64,000 nucleotides of DNA. Source: a virus. The notes below the pieces were generated by a model. It ran no database searches. It saw only the letters and a list, made by a program, of their open reading frames with translations, and was not told the DNA's origin. Position numbers and translations under genes: made by a program. The stretch lies in IMG/VR virus record IMGVR_UViG_3300043497_000005; one strand, 5' to 3'. The stretch's first letter is position 1, and every line of letters begins with the position of its first letter. Shown piece by piece: positions 18,541-28,052 of this stretch.

Positions 18541-18891
18541 ATGACACCAACCGAAATGGCTCGGGTGTTCCTCGCCAACATCGAGGCCACCCGGGCGCTG
18601 ATGGAGGATGGCCAGAACGGCTACATCCTGCACGACGACAGCGCGATGCGATTCATCTGCCAGCGCCGAAACGAACCACTGCGCCTTGGCACGCCGCAGG
18701 ATGACGACGTCTCGGTGTTCACCACCCACGCCAGCGCCGTCGTGGCGCAGCGCTGGTGGAACCATCACCACCCGGACAACAAGGTCAAGGTCTCGCTGCG
18801 GCGCGAGGCCCTCGTTGCCTACATCGACCAGCAACAGGAAGCGGTCGATACCCTGATGCAGTTTGTCGAGATCGAGAAGGTGATGCGATGA
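18541..18891 (+). CDS. Hypothetical protein
   Basis: AAGGAGCAA RBS. Confidence 0.65.
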   Translation: MTPTEMARVFLANIEATRALMEDGQNGYILHDDSAMRFICQRRNEPLRLGTPQDDDVSVFTTHASAVVAQRWWNHHHPDNKVKVSLRREALVAYIDQQQEAVDTLMQFVEIEKVMR

Positions 18892-19130
18892 CGTACGACC
18901 CAACCGAACCGCTGCGGCGCGCGATGATCGAGACCGATCAGCCCGCCCGCGATCTGGCGAAAGCCGAACAGCGCTGGACGACCGAGGAGCTAACGCGCGA
19001 CTTCACTGTGCACCAATTTCTCGCACCGTTCGTTCTCGTCACTCGCAAGAGCGACGGTGCGCGCGGTAGCTTGGAGTTCACGCACAGCCCGCGCGTCTAC
19101 TTCAACTTCGAACAGGAAGGACACCACTGA
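18888..19130 (+). CDS. Hypothetical protein
   Basis: MTYDPTEPLRR...FTHSPRVYF; ATGA overlap. Confidence 0.65.
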   Translation: MTYDPTEPLRRAMIETDQPARDLAKAEQRWTTEELTRDFTVHQFLAPFVLVTRKSDGARGSLEFTHSPRVYFNFEQEGHH

Positions 19131-19543
19131 TGACCCGGTTCGTCGTTATCAACCCGCGCAAGCGGACGGTCGAAGCGGTCACCTTCGATGACGTCGTACA
19201 GGCTATGGCCTCGGTGGGGCTCGCCAGCGTCGACCACGGTGTGCTCGGTCGCGGCCTCGGATACTGCATCTACGAGCACAGCCTGTTCGTACCGCCGAGC
19301 GAACAGCACTACTGCGGGCTCGGTGGTCACCTGATCGCCGGACCAGCGGTCCTCTACGGCTTCGACCATGAGGGAGAGACCGTCGACCTACTGTTGTCGC
19401 AGATTCCTGATGTCACCTTCTATCTCGGCGTCAACGACGTTGAGGCAGCGATCTATCGTGGCGAGATCGAACGACCGTTCATAGCGGTCAACGGTGTCCG
19501 CCACTGGGAGTGGCCGCAACCTGCACCAAACAATTGGATGTGA
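19130..19543 (+). CDS. Hypothetical protein
   Basis: 137-aa ORF coupled to the upstream gene. Confidence 0.65.
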   Translation: MTRFVVINPRKRTVEAVTFDDVVQAMASVGLASVDHGVLGRGLGYCIYEHSLFVPPSEQHYCGLGGHLIAGPAVLYGFDHEGETVDLLLSQIPDVTFYLGVNDVEAAIYRGEIERPFIAVNGVRHWEWPQPAPNNWM

Positions 19544-19805
19544 GGATGTGGAGCGACGAGGCGTTCGCGGTCGCGGCGGTGGCGCTGTTCGCCGCCATCA
19601 TGCTCGTGATCGCCTTCTTCATCATGGGTAACGGATACTAAAGGAGCAACCGAAGTGACCGAAGACCAGCTAGCCGCGATGGCATCGTGGCTGCGCAGCA
19701 CACCGCTGCCTCAAGTGATAGCCGATGCACTCCGCAACGGCGACCTCGACCCCAACGACGGGATCGAACTTTTCCATTACATCAACGATCAAAGGAGCAA
19801 AGACG

Positions 19806-20303
19806 ATGAGCTTGAAACGACATCTTGAGATGAGGCGCGAGGCGTTCGGCGCTAACCCGCACGTCGATTTCATGCTGCAGTATGGACGCAGCTATGAGAT
19901 GTCGGCGCGAACCTTCCTCGGTCCGCGCGACCAGCCGCAGGCGTGCTACGGCAACGCCACGCATCATGCCGTGTTCGATGACCGCCTGACCTACGTCGAG
20001 GGCAGCGTCGCTGTCTATGGCGTTCCCATCGAGCACGCATGGTTGATCGATGCCGACGGCTTTGTCATCGATCCCACCCTCACCGGCAACCGTGACGGCA
20101 GGGTCAAGGAATACTTCGGTGTGCCGTTCAAGACCGAGTACGTGCGCCGGGCCGTGATTCTCAACAAGCACTACGGCCTGCTCGATTACTTCTACGCGGG
20201 CAAGACCGCGCCGAAGCTGTACGAGCTTGGCCTTGAGGCTGGCCAGCAATGGCTGCTCGATCAACCGGACAAACGCAGGCGATCCAGAAAGGCGGTGGCG
20301 TGA
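19806..20303 (+). CDS. Hypothetical protein (possible transglutaminase/papain-like fold)
   Basis: CYGNA...YVEG...HAW...VIDPT gives a Cys-His-Asp arrangement. Confidence 0.6.
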   Translation: MSLKRHLEMRREAFGANPHVDFMLQYGRSYEMSARTFLGPRDQPQACYGNATHHAVFDDRLTYVEGSVAVYGVPIEHAWLIDADGFVIDPTLTGNRDGRVKEYFGVPFKTEYVRRAVILNKHYGLLDYFYAGKTAPKLYELGLEAGQQWLLDQPDKRRRSRKAVA

Positions 20304-20650
20304 TGTGGGGCTCTCTGCTCAGCGGCATCGCTCTGGTCTCCATGTGGGACCGGGCGCGCAAGACCAACCACCCGCCCAAGAAGCAACGCTCGATCAACAT
20401 CGGCTTCCTGAAGTTCTGCTTCGGGATACTGGCGTTCCTCTGGCTGGTGTCCACCATCGGTCACGCGTTCGGCCAGACCACGTTCAAGAACGCGAACGGC
20501 CAGATCGTTGGTCGCTCGGTCACCAACAACGCAGGCACCACCTACTACGATGCGTCCGGTAGAAACACCGGACGCTCGACCACCAACAGCACCGGCACCA
20601 CGTTCTACAATGAGCGTGGTCAGGTAACCGGAAGGAGCAGCCGGAAATGA
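20303..20650 (+). CDS. Membrane protein with beta-repeat C-terminus
   Basis: Two hydrophobic segments, then repeated TTxYxxxGxxxGRS units. Confidence 0.6.
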   Translation: MWGSLLSGIALVSMWDRARKTNHPPKKQRSINIGFLKFCFGILAFLWLVSTIGHAFGQTTFKNANGQIVGRSVTNNAGTTYYDASGRNTGRSTTNSTGTTFYNERGQVTGRSSRK

Positions 20651-20988
20651 AAGTTACATTTGATATGGATTGGGAGCAGGTCGTTGAGATGTTCAACGAG
20701 TTCATCCAAGAAAGAGAGAAGGAGGACCCGCTAAGCTCATTGTCACTCATCTTCGATAGGAGCGATGATGACAGCGAGATTGAAGAGCCAGCGCTGTTCT
20801 TCTGTCCGGTGAAGTGGGACGTCGACTTCCAAGACCGCGTTTCCCTTATCGAGGCCCTGCAGGAATTTCTCGATGAACACAACGACGACGAGGAATTCGC
20901 CGATCAATGCGATCTCGCTAGGCGCTTGCAGGCAACAACCCGCGAATGGATCGAACAACAAAGGAGCAAGCGCGATGAACAAGCGTGA
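20647..20988 (+). CDS. Acidic hypothetical protein
   Basis: 113-aa coupled ORF. Confidence 0.6.
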   Translation: MKVTFDMDWEQVVEMFNEFIQEREKEDPLSSLSLIFDRSDDDSEIEEPALFFCPVKWDVDFQDRVSLIEALQEFLDEHNDDEEFADQCDLARRLQATTREWIEQQRSKRDEQA

Positions 20989-21271
20989 ATTCATAGACCT
21001 GTCGAAGCTGGCGCAGAAGCGCGCACGCGACGGCGCGATGCTGGTGCTCCAGCTACTCGATGATGATGAAGAGCGCGTCGCCATGCTGATCTATCTGGCT
21101 ATCGATCACATCAACGGCGCGACCCAGTTCATGCGGGACAGCAAGGAAGACACCACCGAGGACAAGGCGTTCGCCTCGGTGCTAGATATGCTGATCCACT
21201 CCATCGGTCCTCAGAAGGTGATGCGCGCCATCAGGGGGCTGATGGCTGAAGGAAGGAGCGTCGGCAAATGA
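20975..21271 (+). CDS. Hypothetical protein
   Basis: AAGGAGCAA RBS, MNKREFIDL... Confidence 0.6.
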   Translation: MNKREFIDLSKLAQKRARDGAMLVLQLLDDDEERVAMLIYLAIDHINGATQFMRDSKEDTTEDKAFASVLDMLIHSIGPQKVMRAIRGLMAEGRSVGK

Positions 21272-21573
21272 TCTGGCGTCTAATGGCGTCGGTCATCGCG
21301 GTGTCTGGCACGGGCGATGTTTCGCTCGTGCTCAGCCACACCGATTGGCCGGACGAGGCACAGTGCCGCAGCGTGATCGCGTCGCACTACACGCCACCAC
21401 CACCGAAGGAGATCAACGGCCACATCATCACCGTCAAGATCAGCGCGTCCTGCGTGCCGGTCGAACAGGAGATATCGCCGTTGCCACCGCCGCTCGCCAA
21501 CATGCTGCCCGGCGTGAGCCGCCGCATGCTGGCACCACCGTGCGGCGGCAGGCTGCCGTGCGATTACAACTAG
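21268..21573 (+). CDS. Hypothetical exported protein
   Basis: Hydrophobic N-terminus and paired Cys. Confidence 0.55.
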   Translation: MIWRLMASVIAVSGTGDVSLVLSHTDWPDEAQCRSVIASHYTPPPPKEINGHIITVKISASCVPVEQEISPLPPPLANMLPGVSRRMLAPPCGGRLPCDYN

Positions 21574-21582
21574 GAGCAAGCC

Positions 21583-21759
21583 ATGTATGAAATACAGATA
21601 CTGCGCGTGAACGCGACAGGCGGAGTCACGCGCGGCAAGCGACGCGCCGACACTGCACAGGACCTCCTGCACTGGGTCAAGGTGATCACCGGACCAGCGC
21701 AGAGCGACACGCTGATCGAGTTCACGGTGCGCACGACGGCGAGCAACGAGGATGGATGA
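21583..21759 (+). CDS. Hypothetical protein
   Basis: Read by hand: AGGAGCAA RBS, MYEIQILRVN... Confidence 0.5.
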   Translation: MYEIQILRVNATGGVTRGKRRADTAQDLLHWVKVITGPAQSDTLIEFTVRTTASNEDG

Positions 21760-21760
21760 T

Positions 21761-21985
21761 ATGACCGGCGAACAATATAAAAAAGCCATCGATCATCTCG
21801 GCATGTCGCAGGCGGGATCGGGGCGATTCTTTGGCGTGCACGATGACACGCCACGCAAGTGGATATCCGGAAGATACCCGGTGCCGTCAACAGTGGAGAT
21901 GTTGTTGCTGGTGATGATCCACTACAGCCTGACACCCGAAAATGTCATGGCCATTGTCCATCAAGACAGGGTTGCCTCGCACTGA
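21761..21985 (+). CDS. HTH DNA-binding protein
   Basis: MTGEQYKKAIDHLGMSQAGSGRFFGVHDDTPRKWISG. Confidence 0.7.
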   Translation: MTGEQYKKAIDHLGMSQAGSGRFFGVHDDTPRKWISGRYPVPSTVEMLLLVMIHYSLTPENVMAIVHQDRVASH

Positions 21986-22181
21986 GCGCGTCGCTATGTT
22001 CCCCATCTTCTCTGCGGTGCCAGAGGTGATGGTCGAGTTTGCTCCTTGCTCATGTGCCCCTCAACCTGCAGAAAACCGAGAGGGCGGCAGCAATGCCGCC
22101 CTCTCGCGCGTCCGGTCAAGCCCCAAGCGTGGTCTCGCTGTCAACAGTTGGGTAGTGCGGCAATGGAGAGCCGCCCCGGAT

Positions 22182-22364
22182 TCATTCGATGATCTCCCAT
22201 GTGATGAGCATGACCGGCGATCCTGACCGCTCGCCGTGCTCCACGCTGTAGGCCCGCAGCTTCACCTTGTGCATCGCTTCCAGTTGCTGTTGCTCGAAGT
22301 CGATGTCGATAGGGCTGACCGGGATCAGAAACTTCGAGACGTGCGGCAGAAAATTAACCGTCAT
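22182..22364 (-). CDS. Hypothetical protein
   Basis: 60-aa ORF at the end of the leftward operon. Confidence 0.45.
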   Translation of the reverse strand: MTVNFLPHVSKFLIPVSPIDIDFEQQQLEAMHKVKLRAYSVEHGERSGSPVMLITWEIIE

Positions 22365-22587
22365 TCAACCTCCGCAATTTTCTCGTTTGCTCCTCAAGGC
22401 ACTCCGCTGCGAAGCGCTCCATCTTCATCAGCGCGTTGGCGTCGGCCTCGATCTCAGCCAGCTTGCGCTGCGCATCGAGCGAGCGCGCCCTGATCAGGTT
22501 GTACATGTCGCGCAGCCCCGCCACTAGCTCGCGCTGCGCCTTCAGTGGATCGAATTCGGTCATCATCGTCTCCATTGCTCGGTCCAT
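22354..22587 (-). CDS. Coiled-coil hypothetical protein
   Basis: C-terminal part of the track ORF; start uncertain. Confidence 0.5.
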   Translation of the reverse strand: MDRAMETMMTEFDPLKAQRELVAGLRDMYNLIRARSLDAQRKLAEIEADANALMKMERFAAECLEEQTRKLRRLNDG

Positions 22588-24086
22588 TGCGGGCTCTCCC
22601 TCACCTTGGATTTCGCCCACGCAATGGCGCGGCTCTTGATCCATGATGCGGTGCTCGGTCGCGGTGATAACATCTGCACGTGCTTCATGTCGTGCGACGG
22701 CCACGTTCCGATCCGCTCGCGATACTTGTTCGCCGCCCAGCCCTCCTTGTAGGCATGCTGGAACGCATAGCCCTTTAGCTCGGCAAAGAACATCGCCTTC
22801 TCGTTGTGCGTCATCTCGTCGGTGGGGCGCAGCGGCTTCTTCTTCGGTGGCTTCAACTCGCGAAGCTCGCCGGGCTCTGGCTCGATCTTGCTCACCACCT
22901 TGGCGACGGTCCCGCAGCCCGGGCAGCACGCCATCTTCGGCAGCTTCAGGTATCCGCAATTCGGGCATTCCTTCGGCAGCCGGATGTTGTCGGTGCGGTT
23001 GTCATTGCGCGGTGCCTTGCCGTCATGCAGCCCGACAAAGCTATCGTCAACGTCGGTCACCATGCCGAGCCGCAGGTGGTTGTCGCTGTGATCGAGGATC
23101 AGGCAGTCGTCTTTGCCGGGCGCGTTGCGCAGGCCACGCCCGACGATCTGGGTGAACAGCATATCGCTCTTGGTGGGCCTGCACATCGAGATGCAGCGAA
23201 CATCCCAGTCGATTCCGGTGGTCAGAGTCTCGACGTTCACCACCACCTTGAGCTTGCCATTGTGGAAGTCCCGCCGCAACGCCGCCCGCTCGGTGTCTTT
23301 GGTCTTGTGATCCTGATATCCGCAGGGGATTCCGGCGGCTTCGAACTGCAGCTTCAGCTTCATGGCGTGCGCGCGATCCACCGCGTAGCACAGCGTCGGT
23401 CGCCACTCCGACAGCTTCAGCCACGTCTCGACCGCATCGGCTACCAGCCTGCGCTCCTGCATCGCCAGCGATAGCTCATCGATCTGATAGTCGCCGCCCA
23501 CCGTGCGCACGTTGGACAGGTCCGGGTGCGATGGCGCGTAGACCCTGAACGGCGACAGGTTGCCCGCGTCGATCATCTGTTGGATCGATGCTGCCTTGTG
23601 ATAGTGATCGAACCACGCTCCCATGCCCTTGCGCCACGGCGTCGCACTCATTCCGATCAGCGGCACGTCGATCCATTCGGGCACCGGCACGTCTGGTGTG
23701 CCGAGCCACTTCTCGTAGAACGTAAACCATTGGTGACACTCATCGAGCAGCACCACGGCAACGTCTGGCACCGTGCGCCGCATCAGCGTTTGTACACTAG
23801 CGATCTGGATCGGCATGTCCCAATTCGACATGTGATGATCGGCTTGGATCACGCCGACATCGAGGATGCCACGACGCGCGAACATGCTCACGGTCTGGTC
23901 GATCAGCGAGATCGCGGGCACCGTGAACAGCACCTTCTTGTTTTTTTTCTGCGCGTTGGTCGTCAGCGCTGCAGCTAACTCGGTCTTGCCGTACCCTGTC
24001 GGAGCTTGCAGGCAGATGCGCCGCTTGCCGTCCCTCACCGCCTCACGCAGCGCCTGCAGTGCGGCTTCCTGATCATCACGTAGCAT
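22563..24086 (-). CDS. Superfamily II DEAD/DEAH-like helicase with Zn ribbon
   Basis: APTGYGKT, LDECH, SATP, QIVGRGLR, CPNC..CPGC. Confidence 0.92.
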   Translation of the reverse strand: MLRDDQEAALQALREAVRDGKRRICLQAPTGYGKTELAAALTTNAQKKNKKVLFTVPAISLIDQTVSMFARRGILDVGVIQADHHMSNWDMPIQIASVQTLMRRTVPDVAVVLLDECHQWFTFYEKWLGTPDVPVPEWIDVPLIGMSATPWRKGMGAWFDHYHKAASIQQMIDAGNLSPFRVYAPSHPDLSNVRTVGGDYQIDELSLAMQERRLVADAVETWLKLSEWRPTLCYAVDRAHAMKLKLQFEAAGIPCGYQDHKTKDTERAALRRDFHNGKLKVVVNVETLTTGIDWDVRCISMCRPTKSDMLFTQIVGRGLRNAPGKDDCLILDHSDNHLRLGMVTDVDDSFVGLHDGKAPRNDNRTDNIRLPKECPNCGYLKLPKMACCPGCGTVAKVVSKIEPEPGELRELKPPKKKPLRPTDEMTHNEKAMFFAELKGYAFQHAYKEGWAANKYRERIGTWPSHDMKHVQMLSPRPSTASWIKSRAIAWAKSKVRESPQWTEQWRR

Positions 24087-24342
24087 CGGCCATCACCTCC
24101 GCTGCGCTGATCGTGATCGTGGAGACATCCTGCACGCCGCGCCCGATCTCCTCCGGAAGCGCGCCCACCATCCCCAATAGGTTGGCCTGCCGTATCCAAT
24201 CCACCGCCGTCTCACAGACGATCAGATCGCCCTTCAATGCGACGCCGATGGAATCGATATCGAGCATCATCGCGCGAGCCCGAGCCGATGCAGCGCGGAG
24301 CGCAGCGAGGAGGAATTCCTTGTGGGTGGCTTCCTCCATCAC
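24076..24342 (-). CDS. Hypothetical protein
   Basis: 88-aa coupled ORF. Confidence 0.55.
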   Translation of the reverse strand: MMEEATHKEFLLAALRAASARARAMMLDIDSIGVALKGDLIVCETAVDWIRQANLLGMVGALPEEIGRGVQDVSTITISAAEVMADAT

Positions 24343-24536
24343 CTGCGCCCTTTCAGGTTAGGGCCGAGCTTGTTCTGCTTCAGCCATTCCTGTTCAACCT
24401 TTCGCGCTCGCTCATCGAGCCCGTCGCGTGGCTTGTCGCTGATGGTGCGCCCGTTATCGAGCACCGCCCCCGGTTTGTATTTCTCCTCGATCTCCCTGAA
24501 TTTTCTCGCCTTCGTCCAGTTCATCTTGCCCGTCAT
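24339..24536 (-). CDS. Hypothetical protein
   Basis: AAGGAGCAA RBS before MTGKMNW... Confidence 0.55.
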   Translation of the reverse strand: MTGKMNWTKARKFREIEEKYKPGAVLDNGRTISDKPRDGLDERARKVEQEWLKQNKLGPNLKGRR

Positions 24537-25216
24537 CGGTTGCTCCTTTTTGGTCATGTCTCTCCCACTTTCTTCCAGAGATACCCAGTGAGGGTGATGC
24601 TCCCCGCCTTGGCGGACCGGTTCGAAAAACCCGGCGGAATACTCGTTCGTCTTCGTCTGGGTCTCGGGGCGTAAAGTGGACAAACCGCACGGCCACGCAG
24701 CCGCTTTCCCACCCGAGGGGCAGTGCGACCTTCATCGGCTTCTGTGGGGAGGGACCACCGTGCAGCACCCACCGGCTCGATAAAGATCGGCCTCGGAACG
24801 CTTGCTGTGGATGGGGGTTGATGATAAGCGGGAAATTGCTTAGGTTTCCGCACTGGTCATCGACGCCTTGCTCGCAACAAGTATCGTCGGACTTTCGAGA
24901 GAGGCCACCGTTTGCTGCGGTGGCCTTTTCGATTCGTAGGCTGATCTCCTCGCTCGAAAGAGTCAAAACGTTTCGGTGCGCCAGCCGACGTTAGCTGCAT
25001 CACGAAAAATTACCGGGCACATTTGATCGATGCGGTTGACCACGATATCGCGGCATCGCTTCGTGCTTCACACCAAATATTGAATCTCTCCTGAAAATAT
25101 CTCCCACGGTGGGAGATGAAATGTTCCGAGCAGGTTGCTCTTGATCGCTCGCGCGTGAACCGGCTATGGGTGATTCGCGTTAGATGCAGCGCAACAACCA
25201 ATGGAGCAAAGACAGT

Positions 25217-25468
25217 ATGACTGACCAAAACAAGGACGCCAACCACAGCCTCGACCGCCGCCGGGAAGAGCGGGCACTCAACGATCTGGCACAGGACAGC
25301 GTCTCTCGCTTCACCGACCTGACCTCTGTCGGCATGGAAGTGATGCAGAAAAATATCGAATGGCAATCCGAGGTCGCGCGCTATTGGGCCGACAGCCTCA
25401 ACGTCGCCCATAGCTCGATGAACCAGATCATCCAGACGGTGCAGCAACAGCGCAAGCGTGTTGCCTAA
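25217..25468 (+). CDS. Hypothetical helical protein
   Basis: GGAGCAA RBS; lone rightward gene ending at a hairpin. Confidence 0.5.
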   Translation: MTDQNKDANHSLDRRREERALNDLAQDSVSRFTDLTSVGMEVMQKNIEWQSEVARYWADSLNVAHSSMNQIIQTVQQQRKRVA

Positions 25469-25482
25469 CCGGTTGTGATGAG

Positions 25483-25529
25483 AGGCCGGTCACCTGAAGC
25501 CGCCCCCGGCCCTTGGTGACCGGCCTTTT
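25483..25529. terminator. Hairpin between convergent genes
   Basis: AGGCCGGTCACC...GGTGACCGGCCT followed by TTT. Confidence 0.55.
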
Positions 25530-26065
25530 CATTTCTGCGCAGTGAACAGCGGCGTATGCCGCCACGCCAGTTGCGGGTTGAGCCACGCGCATTGAAAACT
25601 CCACAACGCGGCTGCATCACTCTCGTCGGTGGTGGTCGCGGGCCATCCCATTTGCTGGCAGCGCTCCAGCGTCAGCGGCTTGGCGATCTTCGCTTTCATA
25701 TTCTGGCCGATGAAGTGTGCTCGCACTTGGCTTACTGATGCTTGGCGAAGATCGTAGCGGTCGTAGCACCACTCCTCCAGATGCTCGGCGAGGCCGAACA
25801 GCAACCGCGTGGTGCTAATATTGGTCTTGCCGCCCATGAACGATGGCACCGCCGGGCTCTCGTACACGATCAGGTCAGGGCTCATGCGATGGTGCTTCAC
25901 CATCGCCTCAAGCCACTTCCTGAATTCACGATAGGTCTCGGCGTGCGATGCGCCGCCCTTGCTGAACCGCACGTGCCCACATAGCGGGATCGAGCCGGGC
26001 ACGCCAGCGGCCCAGCCTGTTGTCGTAGCTAAATCGAGCGCGAGCACGCGACCAGTAAAGGTCAC
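25529..26065 (-). CDS. RuvC-like Holliday junction resolvase
   Basis: LALDLATTTGWA, IVYESP, DESDAAA catalytic pattern. Confidence 0.8.
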   Translation of the reverse strand: MTFTGRVLALDLATTTGWAAGVPGSIPLCGHVRFSKGGASHAETYREFRKWLEAMVKHHRMSPDLIVYESPAVPSFMGGKTNISTTRLLFGLAEHLEEWCYDRYDLRQASVSQVRAHFIGQNMKAKIAKPLTLERCQQMGWPATTTDESDAAALWSFQCAWLNPQLAWRHTPLFTAQK

Positions 26066-26247
26066 CGCCCGCGCCTGCTGCGTTTTTTGACCGTAACAAC
26101 CACCCGCTTCGCCTTGCCGGTCTTCGGCTTGACGTTGACGGTACGCGTTGCCTTGTCGATCTTTGTCTTGTTTTTCTCCACGCGCTTTTCTCGCAGTGCG
26201 CGAAGCTCCATCTCTTTGGGTCCTACTTTATCGTGTGACATCATCAT
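26062..26247 (-). CDS. Small basic protein
   Basis: AAGGAGCAA RBS; K/R-rich. Confidence 0.55.
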   Translation of the reverse strand: MMMSHDKVGPKEMELRALREKRVEKNKTKIDKATRTVNVKPKTGKAKRVVVTVKKRSRRGR

Positions 26248-26461
26248 TGCTCCTTGGTGGATGCAGGTCAGGCCGCAGCCTCTCGCGGTCGATAGAGAAC
26301 AGCCTCTCGATCTTTATAACATGATGCGATGGAATACGATGCCAGCGCGTCAGTGTCGGCAGCGCGAGCTTGAGCGCCTTGGCCAAGCGATAGCGTGAGC
26401 CAGCCGCCGCCACCGCCAGCCGCAGACCCTCATCCCGAATTCGTTTTTTGCTCGTTGCCAT
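26228..26461 (-). CDS. Cro/YdaS-like HTH regulator
   Basis: AGSRYRLAKAL...RWHRIPSHHVIKIE...LRPDL; divergent from the RAMP-like gene. Confidence 0.75.
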   Translation of the reverse strand: MATSKKRIRDEGLRLAVAAAGSRYRLAKALKLALPTLTRWHRIPSHHVIKIERLFSIDRERLRPDLHPPRSNDDVTR

Positions 26462-26606
26462 GCGCGGGTAGCCTACAGGGAGACGACATCGGGATCACAC
26501 ACCCCCCGCAATTTATTTTTCACTGTCCTCTTGCATATAGTTGTTATTTATCTTACTGGGGGTTTGACCGTCAGCGTGGTGCTGGCCGGGCAAGGAGCAA
26601 ACTAAA

Positions 26607-27431
26607 ATGGCTGTGAAGAAAAAAGACGACACCGATCAGGCGATCATGATCAAGAAGATCGAGCCTGACATTGTACGTTGCGCGATCCTCGGTGCTTCGC
26701 CGATGATCATGCATCGGTTCGCGTTCAAGGCGTGGCAAGAATTGCTGTTGCCTGCCGCCAAGAAGAACGCGGCAGCGAAGGCGGAGAATCTAAAGCACGA
26801 TCCGCTCAACGAATTTCGTGAGTGCTGCTACCGCAACCGCTCGGAAGAAGAACCGACGGCGATCCACTATCCGGCTGGCGCGTTCTCGAAGGCACTGGCA
26901 GCGGCAGCGCTCGACCTGCCCGGAGCAACCAAGGCGCAAATCCTGCGGCTTGTCGGCGTCGTCAGCACACAGATCAATATCTATGGCACGCCCACGCTGG
27001 GCATGGATATGGTGCGATCCAGTGACATGGCCAGAACACCGGACGTGCGCACGCGCGCATATCTGCCGGAATGGTGCTGCACGGTGGACATCAGCTACAT
27101 CAAGTCGCTGATCGGGAAAGAGCAGATCATCAACCTGCTTGATGCTGCCGGTCTCATCGTCGGCATCGGCGACTACCGCCCGCAGAAGGGCGGACAGTAC
27201 GGTCGCTTCGAGGTAGTGAGCCCGGACAACAAGGACTTCGTGCGTATCATGAAGCAACAGGCGCGCATAGCGCAGGAAGCTGCGCTGGAGACCCCTACGT
27301 TCTTCAACGAGGATTCCGCTGAGCTATATCAGTGGTTCAATGAGGAGACCGAGCGTCGTGAGAAAACCGTGCCCTCGTCCAAGGGTAACGGCAAACCGAA
27401 GCCGCAGCCGACACAGGTGCCGGTGCAGTAA
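26607..27431 (+). CDS. RAMP/Cas7-like protein (putative guide-RNA-binding effector)
   Basis: N-terminal strand ILGASPMIMH and C-terminal Gly-rich loop GLIVGIGDYRPQKGGQYGRFEV resemble RAMP (Csm3/Cas7) hallmarks; lies upstream of the repeat array. Confidence 0.7.
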   Translation: MAVKKKDDTDQAIMIKKIEPDIVRCAILGASPMIMHRFAFKAWQELLLPAAKKNAAAKAENLKHDPLNEFRECCYRNRSEEEPTAIHYPAGAFSKALAAAALDLPGATKAQILRLVGVVSTQINIYGTPTLGMDMVRSSDMARTPDVRTRAYLPEWCCTVDISYIKSLIGKEQIINLLDAAGLIVGIGDYRPQKGGQYGRFEVVSPDNKDFVRIMKQQARIAQEAALETPTFFNEDSAELYQWFNEETERREKTVPSSKGNGKPKPQPTQVPVQ

Positions 27432-27439
27432 ACGAAAGC

Positions 27440-27474
27440 GGCGGCGATCAATTATGGTCGCCGCCATTTTTTTT
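27440..27474 (+). terminator. Intrinsic terminator between the RAMP-like gene and its partner
   Basis: GGCGGCGATCA-ATTA-TGGTCGCCGCC, then A and T8. Confidence 0.65.
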
Positions 27475-27489
27475 GAAAGGAGCGAGACA

Positions 27490-28044
27490 GTGAGCAGTAG
27501 ATCAGACAAACGCCAAAGAGAACTCGATGCCGCGATCCGCGCATGCGAGGATGAAACAGGCCATGCGATACCGAAGGTGGTGGTGGCGGCAGCGCAGGAC
27601 CCAACGCACCCAAGCTATGAGGTGCTCACCCTCGAATTTAATTGGAACGTTCAAGAGGCTGCACAAGCACACTGGGAAGATCGAGCGCGCGAGCTTATCC
27701 GCGAGGTGCGTGTGATGGTGGTTTACGGTGACGCCAAGATCGCGACGCCGGTTTACGTCAGCGATCCGCGCGTTCCCGAGTCGTCGTTTATCCGCACAGT
27801 AAGAATCGCGCGAAGCGGACCAACCAAAAGGGCGGTGCTGCAGGCGGAGTGCGACCGGATCGCTTCGGCGATCAACCGCGCGATAGGTCTGGCTGTTGTG
27901 TTCGATCTAGAACAGCGTTTCGAAAACGCGCTTGCCGAGATCATGATGGCGGCCAACGAGCTAGGCAGCCGCGACGACGATGGCGACGACGATGACGGTG
28001 GCAGCGCATCACCGCGCGGGCCGGAGCCATCACCGGCACCGTGA
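27490..28044 (+). CDS. Partner protein of the RAMP-like gene
   Basis: GTG start with AAGGAG RBS; PKVVVAAAQDPTHP...FNWN...AAQAHW..RARELI; ends 8 nt before the array. Confidence 0.7.
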   Translation: MSSRSDKRQRELDAAIRACEDETGHAIPKVVVAAAQDPTHPSYEVLTLEFNWNVQEAAQAHWEDRARELIREVRVMVVYGDAKIATPVYVSDPRVPESSFIRTVRIARSGPTKRAVLQAECDRIASAINRAIGLAVVFDLEQRFENALAEIMMAANELGSRDDDGDDDDGGSASPRGPEPSPAP

Positions 28045-28052
28045 GCTTGCTT

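Noticed and set aside
24554-24966. ORFs 24554-24853 and 24454-24966
   Set aside because: No RBS or domain features; the region looks regulatory, with a hairpin at about 24900-24928.
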